From Lama glama (taxonomy: Eukaryota), in NCBI GenBank assembly GCA_028534125.1, contig CM052816.1:90832001-90896000 (forward strand): a stretch of 64,000 bases of DNA. The letters run 5' to 3'. The notes below the pieces were generated by a model. The model saw only the letters and a program-made list of their open reading frames with translations. It ran no database searches and was not told where the DNA came from. Numbering within the stretch: position 1 is the first letter of the stretch; each line of letters begins with the position of its first letter. Of this stretch, positions 1 through 12,812 are shown piece after piece. Both the position numbers and the translations under genes were made by a program.

Positions 1-1213
1 TTGTTTCATGTTTGTAAGAAGGCACCAGAACTTTTTGCAGGAGTTGCAGGTTAACCAATGATGAAAGACCGGTGAGCTATGTTTAATTGCTTTCATCTGT
101 TGGAAAACCTCAGGCCCTGCCTGCAGGACACTAATTCTTAACTTTTTTTTTTTTTTTGAGATGGGCAGAGAGGGTAGGGAGGCCTTTATTTTGATTTTGT
201 GTTATGGGTCCCTTAGGAAATTTGATGAGACGTAGAATTTGTATTTCGTTTGTTGGGTTCTCAGTCCCCATGAAGCCTGTCCGTGGACCGGGGTGGGCCA
301 GTGAAATCCCCTTTGGGAGAACTCTGCCCCCTAGCGCAAGTGGGGGAAACTGCAGGATAGCGCGAGACAGCTGCAACCTCCTTCCCTCCAGCAGTCCTGT
401 CTGACTTCCAAGCCCGTTCTCCTTACACTGAACCAAGGTAAGTGTAAGGAGATCTAGTTGTGGAATTTTATTTCCATGATTAATATAATGTTGAAGTTGT
501 CCATATTCTCCATTCCCTTTCTTTCTTAGATGAAGACTCTTAAACCAAAGACATTAAGTTGCTTGCTCAAGGTTGAAAAGATGGTTAATAGAACCCACAG
601 CCTTTTTCCTCTGTTGCTGGTGACCTTAGTATTTTGGGAAATGGTTATGTATTTAAAGTTATACCTTTAATCTTGAGCTGTATTTATGTTACAGTGTTAA
701 TTTCTAATCAGAAATTAATTCTGATCTTTATTTCTAGTCAGTATTAATTTCTAATCAGAGTTTCTCCCCTCAGCATAATTGCTTTGAATGGGAAGCAGGC
801 AGAGCCACAGAGGCTATGCATTGCTGTATTGATTGGAGACAAACTCCTAATGTAGACCCTGTCACTCTTCAGTGTCTCATAACAGAGCATCCTTTTGTTA
901 AATTGTTCAGTGAAGAACATCTTGTAATGTCCTGTTAGAGTAGAAACGGTGAGTGTGAAGTGATACATTTCCAAGGACAGCAGAATTGTAGAGCCTCATT
1001 TATCACTAAGTGGTGCCCTGTTCTTTGGTAACTTTTCCCCTTGTGATTTAGGGATAATGATGTATTAGCTTCAAATGGCTGTCCAACAAGCAGTGTGAAC
1101 AACTGAAGAAGAAATTGAATGAGATGTTACATGTATTAGCTTTATGTCTGAATGGCCAAATAATAAGGAAATGGGAGCTCCTTGTGACTAACAGCTGCTA
1201 TTTAGAGCTAGAG

Positions 1214-1401
1214 CAGGGTTTCTCAAACTGGGTACCATTGACATGTTAATTCTTTGGTGTGGGGGGACCGTCCTGTGCTTGGTACCCCTGGCCTCTACCC
1301 AGTAGATGCTAGTGACACCCGGAGTCGTGACAACCAAGATGTCTGCAGACATTGCCCAATGAGCCCCAGGGAGCAAAGTCACTCCCAGCTGAGAACCACT
1401 G
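1214..1401 (+). mobile_element. MER20 (hAT-Charlie) with 8-bp TSD
   Basis: Termini are CAGGGTTTCTCAA...TGAGAACCACTG with internal cctggcctctacccagtagatgc. TSD is agctagag (1206-1213) / agctagac (1402-1409). Confidence 0.9.
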
Positions 1402-3997
1402 AGCTAGACTCACGAAGCATTTGCCCTGTGGAATTAACTCCCGTGCGTGTTGCAGGCACAGGCTTCTTGCCTGCTTTAAGTGGCATCCGGTGTCTTACTG
1501 CCGCCAGCCCGAAGCTTGTGAGGCTTGTGCCCCTCAGCTGATGGGCTACTGACCGCAGAGCGTACCCCCTAGATAGGAGACACCGAGTTCCCCACACCCC
1601 CCAACTGAGTTTGTTTATTCATGGCCCGCCTTGGATTTTTATGACTTCTCTTGTGTAAATTGTGTGCGCACTTCTGGGAAATTTGTTTTCTCAGCATTTA
1701 GAGGTAAGCTTTTAAAAAGTTCACTTCAGGAGGAACCTAAGTTTAGGTACGTCTGTAACCAGAAGCAATTTTTAAAACTGAAAAGGCTCAGCCAGGAAAG
1801 TAGCAAGACTACTGTGCAAACGTGTGGTTGGCGTTTTGAAGGGGCCGCTGTTTCCAAGTCCTCAGGGCTAAGCACAGTGCCCTGAATACTGGAGGGGCCG
1901 GTCGGTGCCAGCTGAACACACAAATGAACTTGACTTTTCTGTCTTCTGTTTAAGGAACAGGAGTGGCCTAATGGCCGTTCAAGCAAAAGATCTTTTGAGG
2001 GTTATTAGTGGGACATAGGTGAACACTTTGACTTTCAGAAAAAGTACGTAAGAATATTCCCAAGTAAGGTGCTCATTAATACAAGCATAAAGCAGATATT
2101 AATGTTTTAAGGGATGGACTGTTGGTGGGAAACATTCCAGCTGTACCTGCTTCTTACAGCCTTGTTCACTCTGGGTTGGAACAAACCCGACTCTCAAGAT
2201 GTTAAGTGGGAACACCTTCCTCATCTCCACTTAATTTGGGAAGATGTCTTAGTTTAGTACCTGGAGTTCACGAGTTTAACCTGGAATGAGTTCTTGAGCC
2301 TGTTTTTCTCCTCATTTTATAGTGTTTTGTTTCGTTTCACGTCTTATATTTCTTGTTTTGGTTAAAAAAAAATGAAGACTTATTTTTGGCAGCTTCTCCC
2401 CTCCACCCTCCCGTCATTTCTCAAGGGCAAAAAGGAAGCACAGAGGACTTCCTTGTCTCACTGCATCCTGAGGATGAGCCCTTTGACGACTATAAAATGG
2501 AATCAGAACATTCCCTGATCTCCCTTTTTCCCACCATGGAGTGACGGTGTCTTGCCCTTTCTGCACACCCTGCAAGGATTTCTGTAGTCAGGTGCTCATT
2601 TTTGGGGCCCTGCCAGCAAAGCTCCGGGATCAGCTGCGAGCAGGGCAGTTGTTGGAGCAGGGAGCCTGTCTCCTGTGCAGGGTGGGGCGGGCAGGGCAGG
2701 GCTGGTCCCCCACGTCCGCCTGTGGCCTGCTGTTCGAGGCGCTCACCTCTCACCAGATAAGGCCCAGACCAGCCTGGGAGGGGCCGTCACTGTTTAACCA
2801 GGGCTGTGCAGGGAGAGGGCAGGGCGCTTGCTTTTCCAGCCCTGCCAGCTTTTCATTGGGTCACCTTTAGTAAGGACACGAGCCTTGAATGTGCGCTCCT
2901 ATGGGGATCAGTAGGAAGTGGGGAACCTTCTTATTAATTGGTTTCAAACTTTTGCACTCAGAGTAATTGTTGTGTAATACTCTCAGGCCATTGGTTTGCA
3001 GGGAGCCCTCAAGCAGGAGCAACGAGCCAAGTTTCCATGAAGCCTGGCCTGACTGCCCCTGGGCAGGGTGAGGGCACCTCATTCTTGAGTGTAGAAAAGA
3101 TGTGGCCTCTGGGAGCCCGGCTGCACCCTCCCCACCTGTGGGCTCTCAGCCAGGTTATCTGGCCTTCCTTCGGGAGCTTGCTTTCTCTGTAAGTGAGCAT
3201 AATAGTGTTGACCTTGCATGGTTATTAGAATTCGAGATAAGATTTACAAAGGACTTGGCACCTGGTAGGTTAGTAATAAGAAAAGGTTGTAGTAACCTAG
3301 AAGTTAGGAACGAGCGGCCTTTGGTGGTGACTGAGAGCCCCGCACCCAATGGCGCAGGGGGCTCTTGGCGTTAGAGCTGTTACCAGTATCATTTCTGGTG
3401 ATAGATTGCGTTTATTAATTCTCTTCCTTTTGACCAGTACATGTCTGGCTGATTTTCCAGAAGTCTGTAAAGCGTGCCTGTATTGCTTACAAAATCAGGT
3501 TCACATGCGTAGTCCAGTTTCCAAGGCCTTGTGACCTTGCATCTCTTTCCTGCTCTCCCCGACATGAATTCTACTCCTGAGGCTCTGTTCCCAGTCCCAT
3601 TCCGTCCCTTTGTGTCTGTGCCCTCCTCTGCTGATCGGATGTCCTGCCTGTCTGGCTTCTTTTTGAAACCATCCCTGACAGGCCTAGTTCATGGTCACTC
3701 CTTCCTCTCTTTCCTCTGAGCTTGGCTCTGCCTCTTTCTGTCCTGGTCCTGTTAGGAATTTGTTAGCCAGAGGCTTTATTTACCTTTCTTTCTATTTTTT
3801 CCCCTCCCCCTACTTCTCAAATGAGCAAACAGGGTTAATATCTGATTTATAAGTTTTATCACCTTGTTTGTACTGAAAGGTCCTTGAGGATAGGATTCTA
3901 TCCTTGTGTTACTTTCCCCTCAAGTACAGATTTTTTTTTATAGCGAGAGGGGATTCTTCTTCCTCCCTTGATTATGCAGCATTTTACAGTTCTTTGA

Positions 3998-4236
3998 AAA
4001 CAGTAATAAATATGGCTGAGATGTACTGAGGGCTTACTAGGTGCCAGACACGTTTCTGAGCACTTTACAGTCAGTAATTAATCCCTATAACAACCCTATG
4101 AGTAAGGCTTCCTAAAGGAGGAAGGAGAGGCACAGAGAGGTTAAGTAACTGGCTCCAGGTCACACAGAAAGGGATGGCCAGGCTTTGAACCTAGACAGGT
4201 TGTCTCTGGAGTCTCTGTGCTGTTCACGGCCATGCT
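3998..4236 (-). mobile_element. MIR SINE
   Basis: MIR core gaggcacagagaggttaagtaactggctccaggtcacacag, plus tactgagggcttactaggtgccagac. Confidence 0.85.
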
Positions 4237-7200
4237 TTCCTCTCCTGTGGGTGTCACTTGCCTTATGCTTGCGCCATTGTTTCTAAATACTTTGATGAGG
4301 TGCTTTATACCATAGGCAGTTAGTAGATGAATTTTGAGTTGAAAACTGTATGCAGGTTTGGGAATACAAGTGGCCAGAGCCCCAGAAACATGGCAGACCC
4401 AGGAGGGTGATGTTTATCAGCTTTTGAGCATGCCACTCATTTTTATTTTGCTTAGGAGAGACAGTTACCTTCTGTTCCCTTGTAAAATGTGGCTTCTGAA
4501 GCTGCTGGCCCCAACCTCATGAGGATGGTACGAAGATTTAGATCATAAGGAAGGCACTTAGAAAGCTAGAGTTTTGAGAAGTATTTTTTACATTAAAATG
4601 AAAGGTGAGACTCATCTGACTCCCCAGTTCTAACTATCCGTTGTTGGAGTCTTCCTCCTGGAGGTTTTCTGATGGAATCTTCTCTTTTGGTTAAAGATTC
4701 TGGCTGCCTTCCCAGAGTTTCTCCATATCCGTCGCTTTACTTGTTAGCTTATTAATGCTTGTGGGTGGGGTGATCATTGACAGCATAGCGGAGCATTTCT
4801 CAAAGAGCATTCCTTGAATAAAACATTTTGCTGCCTCGCTGAGAGCTGTTTGGAAAATGTGCCTGCCAGGCCTCAAATAAGAAACTTGAGTCCCCAATTT
4901 AAATCTAGCCTCTCATGTCACATGACATCATATCATCTGACTCTGCCAGTTACAGGGGGAGAAAGTGTCAGAGTGCTTGTGGCGAAGCTGTGACGCAGCT
5001 CTTGAAACAGAGCCAGAGCAGGGCAGGACCAGCTGGCGGGTATGCACTTAAACGGTCTTACCTTCCTCCAGCTTCAGGATCTGCTCTTCAGGGTGAAAAC
5101 TGACTCCACATAACAGCATTTACAATTGTGGTAATTAAAAAAAAAAGTGAGAGATTTACCTTAGAAAAGGTGGGCAAGGTTGAATTTTTGTACTTTGGTG
5201 TAGGGATGTTTATCTGTACTACCTGTGGGTGACTTAAGGGCCGAGGTAAGTTTTGGGGGTGTTGGAATAGAATGTAGCTTTTTCACTTGGTCTCTTACCT
5301 AACACTGGGTCCCCAAAGAATACTATGATTCTTTTGTGTCATTTTTGAGGGTCAATTAATAACATGTAAGCAGTGTCCATTGACCATAATGTGCATTGTT
5401 GGGGAGAGGTGGACTTTTTGAAGAATCTGCTCCTGATACTGACTTTGTGTGTTAAAGTTCTATTTAAAAGAAATTTATCTAGTAGACTGCAGGCTTATGT
5501 GTGCAGCTACCATTGATTTGGGGGTTTTAGTAGCTTCGTAGATACTTAAATTTGTGTTACTAGGAATAAATTTAGCATTAGGAATGTTCTTAAAAACAAA
5601 AGCTTTGATAAACATAGATTTACCATATTACTCTTTCATGTCATTCTTAAATTCATTTTTTTCTCTCCTTAATCCTGCAAAGTGTATGTAGTCAGTTTAG
5701 AAAATTTAGAAAACACCTTAAGTCAAGGGCAAAAACTTCCCCAGCCCTACTCTTAATGTTTTGTGGTATATGGTTTCTCTGCCTCTGTATCTTTCTGTAA
5801 AAGGACACCTGGAATGTTTTTCACTTAAGAGTTGATTGAGAAAAGCTTTAAATGCCAAGAAACTCGCATGTGTGCAGACAGGACCAGGGGCACGAACGAG
5901 TTACAAATGGAAGCCCCATATCGTGTATCTCAATATTTAAGTTATAGATCAAGCTTCCAGACTGGTAGGTAAGTGTCTTCTGGTCTCCTACTTTGAGAAA
6001 TAAAGCTTCATTGGGATACAACTGAAAAATGTCAAGAGTGGCGGGTTTTGTTGCTGAAAGTCAGACCATGCGGGATGGATGGAGGCAAGCGCAGTTGCAC
6101 CTGTGTGGGTGTGTTTTGCTGGGCCAGTGATGTCTGCATGAGTAACAGACACAGACTCCACAATAAATTTTCCATAAAGCTACTCTCCTTGCCCATATTT
6201 CAGCAGAATCACTAATTATATGGTTACAGTCAAAAGTTTCACAGTAATTTGTTTTATTGACAGTGACACCAAAGTAGAAATCCTTTGAGTCACTGTGGTT
6301 CTTTAATTTCAATTTAAAGAAGGCCTGCTTTGCAAAGGCAGGACAGTAGTTATTGGCATTGTTAACCAAATTCATGCAGCAGTATTTGGATGAAAAAAGG
6401 AATACAGGTTATTGATATTGCAGGAAGTAAAGTATTTTAATTTCATTATATAAGTCTTTAATAGTGTGAATTTTCCCTATTTCTTAAGTTGTTCCTCAAA
6501 CTTTTCAGTCCTTTGTATACTATAAAGAAAATGAAGACAGAAGTGAATTCATTAAAAATCTGTTTTCAGATGAGACTAAACTTTAATGCATCTTGGCCAG
6601 AAAGTAGTCTATATATAAAGGTGTGGTAAGGGATGATGCGTGTGTGAATGTTTTTCTTCCTAGTCATGCAAATTTTTTTATTTCCTTCATCTAATTTTTT
6701 TAATATTTTCTTGAACTACCAGTTTTGATGCATGTTTCATTCGATTGGGGAAATTTTTCTCCAGTTTTTAAAAACACGTTTTTAAAAAGTGAAGTGGCTA
6801 AATTAGTTAGGGAGATTTTAGAAGCTTTTGCTAATATTGTTAATAGTAGACAATAGTTCATATCAAATAACTGCTGCTCACTACTGCAAGTTCAAAATTG
6901 ATAATATCATTTGCCGTCAAAGACCATGATTCACTCTTCATATAAGGAGCTTCTGTTTATTTACTTTTTTTCCCTTTGTGATGTACAGGGAAAGCCTGTA
7001 GCCCAAGGGAGGAGTCCTAGGTGTCTGGTCTAAGAGTGGCCCTGCTCATTCAAAGGCATGTAAATCACCTTATTTGTTCACTTTAGATGGTTTCTAGATA
7101 TTTGCTTTTACAGAAGGCTGCAGACGTACATTCTTGTACCCAGGTCATTGCACACTTGTCTGATTATTTCTTGAGGATAAAATTTTCCGGGAGTGGAGAT

Positions 7201-7846
7201 GTTTGATCAAAGGGTTTTGCACATTTTTACTTAGACTGTTTGGCAGCAAAAGTTTTCTGAGGGTTGTGAGCCCAGCCTCACCCAGGCACGGCTGAGACAC
7301 CCTGTCATGATATATTTATGAAAACAGGGGTTTTGTAACTTCTTATTAGAGTTAATGACATGCATTGTTTCACGGAGGAAGTCAGCACATAATCCTGGGT
7401 TTCTGTGTCCACTGTTAGGTTCTTCTCTGAGCCAGAGTGGAGGAGGGAGGCGTTCTTCTCAGTTAATTATAAGCAGGGCTGTGGATTCATATCCAACCCC
7501 CAGAAGACCCCAGCACTGTACCTGCTGTTCATTTAAGGGCAAAGCACACACAGGGGACCTGGCTTTACACCCGCTGGGGAGCCATTGGCCTTTTGTGTTG
7601 GGACTTGTTTGTATGGATTTTTTTTTTTTAATTCTCATTCCTTTGCATTGTAATTAAGTATCCTTGTGAGTTAACCCTGAGCCAGAGCAGTTATGTGGTG
7701 GTGGTTCTAGCTGCAGGGATTTAGGTGACATACAGCACTGTTGAGGGGGGTGTTATGTGTGTGTGTGTGAATGAGTGAGTGAGAGACACTTTAAGGCTTA
7801 TTATCTCCAGGAAGTCTTTCCATGGACTTTGTTATTTTTTAAAAAG

Positions 7847-7991
7847 TTTTTTTTTAATTTTATTTTTTTGGGGGAGGAGGTTTATGTATAAATTAGGTTT
7901 ATTTTTTATTTTTAGAGAAGGTACTGGGGATTGAACCAAGGACCTCGTGCATCTAAGCATGTGCTCTACCACTTGAGCTATACCCTCCCCC
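7847..7991 (-). mobile_element. Camelid Vic-1-type tRNA-Ala-derived SINE
   Basis: The reverse complement GGGGAGGGTATAGCTCAAGTGGTAGAGCACATGCTTAGATGCACGAGGTCCTTGGTTCAATCCCCAGTACC has A and B boxes. It is followed by an aaataaacctaat...cctcctcccc tail and an A-rich end. Confidence 0.85.
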
Positions 7992-8207
7992 TCCACAGGC
8001 TTTAAAACGGAAGTGTTGAGTGCTGGGTGAAAATGACACTCCACCTTTTACGATGCATACTGTGGTCACTTAATACAAGTTTGCTTCTGTTTATTTCTGC
8101 CCACATTTTGTTCTTTTATTCATGTGTGCTAAGGGCCAAGTTGAATCTCCAGTGTGGAAATTTTTCCAGCCTCAGATTTTTGGATGTGGGCAAGTGTGCC
8201 CTCTTTC

Positions 8208-8452
8208 TAGGTCTCCTCAGCCTCAGGACTCTGGACATTTCGGCTGGATCGGTCGTTGTCGCTTGGGGCTGTCCTGTGCATTGTAGGGCGTGAAGCAGCA
8301 TCCCTGGCCTCTGATCTTGAGATGCCAGTGGCATTCGCACCCCTCCACCCCCCAAAACTGTGACAGCCAAAAGCATCTCCAGCCCTTGCAGGTGTCCCCA
8401 GGGGGAGGGACGTAGGGGGATGGATGCAGAATCGCTGTAGTTGAGAATCGCA
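8208..8452 (+). mobile_element. MER20
   Basis: ggggctgtcctgtgcattgtaggg...agcagcatccctggcctct...gtgacagccaaaa...gttgagaatc. Confidence 0.85.
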
Positions 8453-8944
8453 ACGCCGTGTTCACACTTTGATGGCCAGAGCTTAAATCTGGATCCTGCT
8501 GGGACTTTCATCACCCTCCTTATTTGTGCTGATTCCTGATGACTCTTCACTCCTCGGGTGATGGGGACCCTGCAGTTATCAGTGTGGAAATTTTATTCAA
8601 TTTAGGATCCAAACTCTCCCCGTGAGACTTGGACACTTAGACTCGATTTATCGTCTAAGTTGTGTCTGGTTGGAATATTTACTTCCAGCTGTGCCATCTG
8701 CCCAAGGGCTTTTGTTGGTCTCCCTTCTGGTGTTTTAAATCTGGTTCCCAGAGTCCTCACCATAAAGCATGGGAGAAATATTTATTTTACTGAGTAATCA
8801 AAATGATAGTTGTTCTCCACTAAGAAAAAAGGAGATCATATTTTCTCCAAGTTTTGAGAACATGTTGAGGTAAGTTATATCTATTGCCCTCTCTCCCATG
8901 TATTTTGTACAGTTTTACTCTGGCATGCTTTGCCTTTTTTTTTT

Positions 8945-9690
8945 TTAATATAGACTCGGATATTGCCAGAATAATACAGGGAGGTCCTGCGTACCTGTCA
9001 CCCAGTTTCCCTGGTTGTGACATCTTATATAACAATAGGTAACAGGAGTACAGGATGTCAGCCGGGAAAGTGTAGTTGATGTAGTGTTGTGTTAATTTCT
9101 GGAGAACAACATAGTGATTCAGTCATACGTATATATATTTTTCATATTGTTTTTCATTATAGGTTATTACAAGTTACTGAATATGGTTCCCTGTGCTATA
9201 CAGAAGAACCTTATTGTTTATCTGTTCTGTATGTAGTGGTTTGTATCTGCTAATCCTGAACTCCTGAATTATCCCTCTTCCCTCCCCTTTCCCCTTTGGT
9301 AACCAGAAGTTTGTTTTCTGTGTCTTGATTTCACCAGTTTTTACATCCACTCACTTGTATGCACATGTTTGTAGTTCTAAGCAATGTTATCACAGTACAG
9401 TTCCGTGCAACCACCAGCACAATCATACTACAGAACTCCCCCCATTTTTGTGTTACCCCCACAAGAAGTAGTCCCACTCTCCCCCCAGGCCCTAGTAACC
9501 ACTAATTTGTTCTCTATCATTTTGTCATTTGAGACTCTTACAGAAATGGAATCGGTGTAAATCCTGTGAGGTTGGCATTTTTCATCCACGCCCTGGAGAC
9601 CCACCCATGTTTTGGGCATCCGTGCTTGTTGCATTTTATTGCTGACTGCTATCCCAGTGTATGAGTACCCTTCTGATACCTGTGCTGACA
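8945..9690 (-). mobile_element. Old L1M (L1MC/ME-like) fragment containing a younger L1 3' end (about 9090-9325)
   Basis: Old-L1 motifs cacccagtttccc, gcaaccaccagcacaatca and ccctagtaaccactaatttgttctc flank an artiodactyl L1 tail (ttttcattataggttattacaag...ttccctgtgctatacag...ccctttggtaaccagaagtttgttttc). Confidence 0.75.
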
Positions 9691-12614
9691 ACCATTATCA
9701 TTCTGAGGCTCGCAGTTATTTGTGTAATAAGTTGCTCTGTTTGTTTCGTGGCTGTTGAGAGCTCAGACTCTCATGGCCCTTCTGGTTTATTCCTTGTAGT
9801 GGATTTAAGTGCTGTTGTCAAAGACTTTTTTGATTTGTAACTCTGTCTCAAGTAGTTCAAGGTCGGTTTGGTCAGAACCAGTGCATTTGAACTCTTGCTT
9901 ATCATCTTGCCAGCTAGCAGATTCCTACTCGTGCTCTCTTTCCCCGAGATAGAAGCTTCATGAAATCAATGACTTGATGGCTGGGCTGTCAAGGTCGCAA
10001 TCTTAACAGGTGACAGCCCCACGTGGACCAGCCAGGTGAGCAAATGGATGGTGACATTCACTAGAGCCCAGACTTCTTGGGACGCTGAACAAAAGTGCGA
10101 CAAGATATTCTGATCATCCATCAGTATCTCGGCAGGCCCAGGTGGAAGGGGGTTTCTTTGATGTATGTCCAGACTTCCAAGGCCACGGAAAGTGTCCTGA
10201 CTCGAGTTGGGTGTGTAGTGGTGGTAGCAGGGAGGGGTCATCTGGGTGGAAGTTGTGAGCAGAGAGGGTGGAGGAGACGAGGCACAGCCTCCAGCCAAAG
10301 GCTTGTCACCCTGCACAGACCCAAGAATGCACTCTGCTGGGAGCCTAGGGGTGCAGGGTTGGGGGTCCTTGCCTTTGCTGTGGTCCTGAGTCTTGCCTGT
10401 TGGGGAGGAATGCCCAGTGAATGGGCCCAGTAGAGAAGCAAGAGGAGTATCTCCCAGTTATTTTACTGGGCGTGGGCTCTTCCTTACTGTTTCTGGCCCC
10501 ATGCCTTGGGCACAGGGGGGAAAAACTTAGGTAAATCCCATGAAGAGGAACTCTTTTTATCTCTTTAATCCCTGGGGCGAGGGGCCACTTGACAGCTCCC
10601 CCAGCCGGAGGACATGCAGTCTGAACTCCCCTGATGCTCACCACTAGTTTCTGAGCCAGCCTCCTGTGGTCTGCTGTCTCACCCAGGTCCCCTGACCGCC
10701 ACCCTCTTCCTTTCCTAATGAGAATCTGAGCTGAGAGTGAGCCCCGAGCCCTTGGGAGCCGCGTGTGCTCCGCTCCCACCACCTAGGGTGTACGTCACAG
10801 GGTTTCTCCACATAAGGATTTCCTTTCGTGGTAACTCCTGTTTTCTGTGACTAATGTCCACTTGGTCGTGTTTTTTCCACCAAGTTTATGGTGTGGAGTG
10901 TGACTAGTGTTTCTGCAGCAAGTAGTTAAGCTGTTACTTCTCAAGTGTAAAAGATAATTTTTTTTTTTGGTTTAAAATGGTTTATATATAGGAGATTAAT
11001 ATATCATGTATGTATATGTGTGTACATATGAACGTGTATATGTAGATATGTAATATATATGTTTGATTTAGCATCATGCTTTCTGACTAAGGCAGGCTAT
11101 TGGTGTGGGAATGAAGCGCCTTATCAAGGCCATGCTGCCTAAGGGCTTTTGCACACGTCTAGTAGATGTATTGTTTGCCGTACAGCAGCAGTCTTTCCTA
11201 GGCAGTATTTCTGAGCTGCTTACAGTTTCCTAAGAAGATAAAAGTTAGAAGCAGACTCCCCACCTTTCTACACAAAACTTGCATTGTTAGGATGGGGTCA
11301 TCAGAAAACTGCCTTGTTAATCCTAGTTTTACTGCGTTTCCATAAGATTTTCATTCCTTTGGGGATTCTCTCCAAAATAGATGCCAAGTTCAGCTTCAAA
11401 GATATAAAGTCAGGTGTGGACTGTAAGTTCTGGCAATCTTCAGACCTTGAGGAGCACTGAAATTCTTGGCTGCTTCTCTGGTTAACATAGCTTTTTCAGC
11501 TGTAACAATTTCCTTCGTGCCTTTGGGCAGATCTGGGAGGTGAGCTTACTGTATTTTAGGTTCTAAAACCACGTTCACTTAAGGTTCTCTTCGAAAAGAC
11601 CAGTGTCTCTTTTCTCTAAGTATTTTTATATCTCCTGTTTTTCATCGTACATATCAGAAGGAAAAACATCTGTTAGAACGAGCTCTTGGTTGTGAAATTA
11701 GGACTGGCTTCTGCTGTACAGTATTTTGGAGAGTAAGCAGGTCAGGGGCTCTTTGCATATGTTGTGAGGGGTAATTTGTGCATCTGTCTACTCACCGTAG
11801 CCATTATTTTCCGATATTTTACCATAGGAAATTCAAACACAAGCCATCAGCTCTAAGAGTGAAAATGGGGAGCACAAATTCGTCTAGCTTGGCTGCCTTA
11901 GGCCTCGCTCTTTTGTGGATTGTATGCAGTGTGAAGAAAGGGTGATTCTGAAATGGAAAAAAATCTCTTTCAGGGAGTTCAGATGGCTCTTCACATGGAA
12001 TGTAACTTCGGCTTTACTCACCTATTACCTTTGAGACATCCAGTAGATTCCTTTTACCCTGAGGCACAGAGAACTAGGTTACTTTACCCAGGGCCTACCA
12101 TGAGAGGATGGGGTCGGAAATACCACGTTATCACTTAGGTTATGTCTTTTGAGTCTCTTAAAATCCCCTTAAACCTCCACCAGATCCTTCAGTGGGAATC
12201 TCTGGAGTTGGTATGTGTGTGTGAAACAAGGAAATAGGATATAGCTTTAGAAGAATAAAAGGTCCCTTGAGGGTGTTCTTATGCATTATCATAAAATGTT
12301 TGATGAAATTGAATAGCTGTTTCCTTAAGGAAAGCGGAATTTTAGAAGCTAATTTAAAAAATGGTATATCCTTTATCACACCCAGCTTTGGACAAAATTA
12401 CCTTTTCTTTAAAAGAAAATGTAGACTCTAGCAGTGTTCTCTAATGCAAGTCAATGGCTTATTTGTCCAAGGAGGAAATACATAGATTTAGGATTTACTA
12501 TAGTGTGGGATTTTGGTAACAATTTGAATACATGGAACTCTGCACTGTGGCTTGGCCATTGCATCATCTGTGCCATCTGCATTTCCTTTTATCCAGTTTT
12601 TTAACTTGCAAAAG

Positions 12615-12812
12615 TTTATTGATCACTCACCAGGGGCTGAGACTGTGCTAAATTCTCAACTTGGGTTAATTCATTTAATCTGCCCAGTAGTTTTATATGG
12701 TTGGTACCATTTCACATATGAAAATACAGAGTCTTAGAGAAGTTAAGTCATTTGCCTAAGTTCACACAACTGGGAAGTGGTAGAACCAGAGTTTGGACCC
12801 AAAGATAGGCAG
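12615..12812 (-). mobile_element. MIR SINE
   Basis: gaaaatacagagtcttagagaagttaagtcatttgcctaagttcacacaactgggaagtggtagaaccagagtttggaccc. Confidence 0.8.

Noticed and set aside
200..1900. MYO10 promoter CpG island or exon 1
   Set aside because: CpG enrichment is only mild and no start-exon coding sequence is present; at most this is an island shore.
7915..7991. Functional tRNA-Ala gene
   Set aside because: It has a deletion in the anticodon arm and is attached to a SINE tail and A-rich end, so it is a SINE head.
8150..8594. 15-bp direct repeat CAGTGTGGAAATTTT at 8150 and 8580 as a TSD
   Set aside because: It does not abut the MER20 ends (hAT TSDs are 8 bp) and no poly(A) insert lies between the copies; probably chance.
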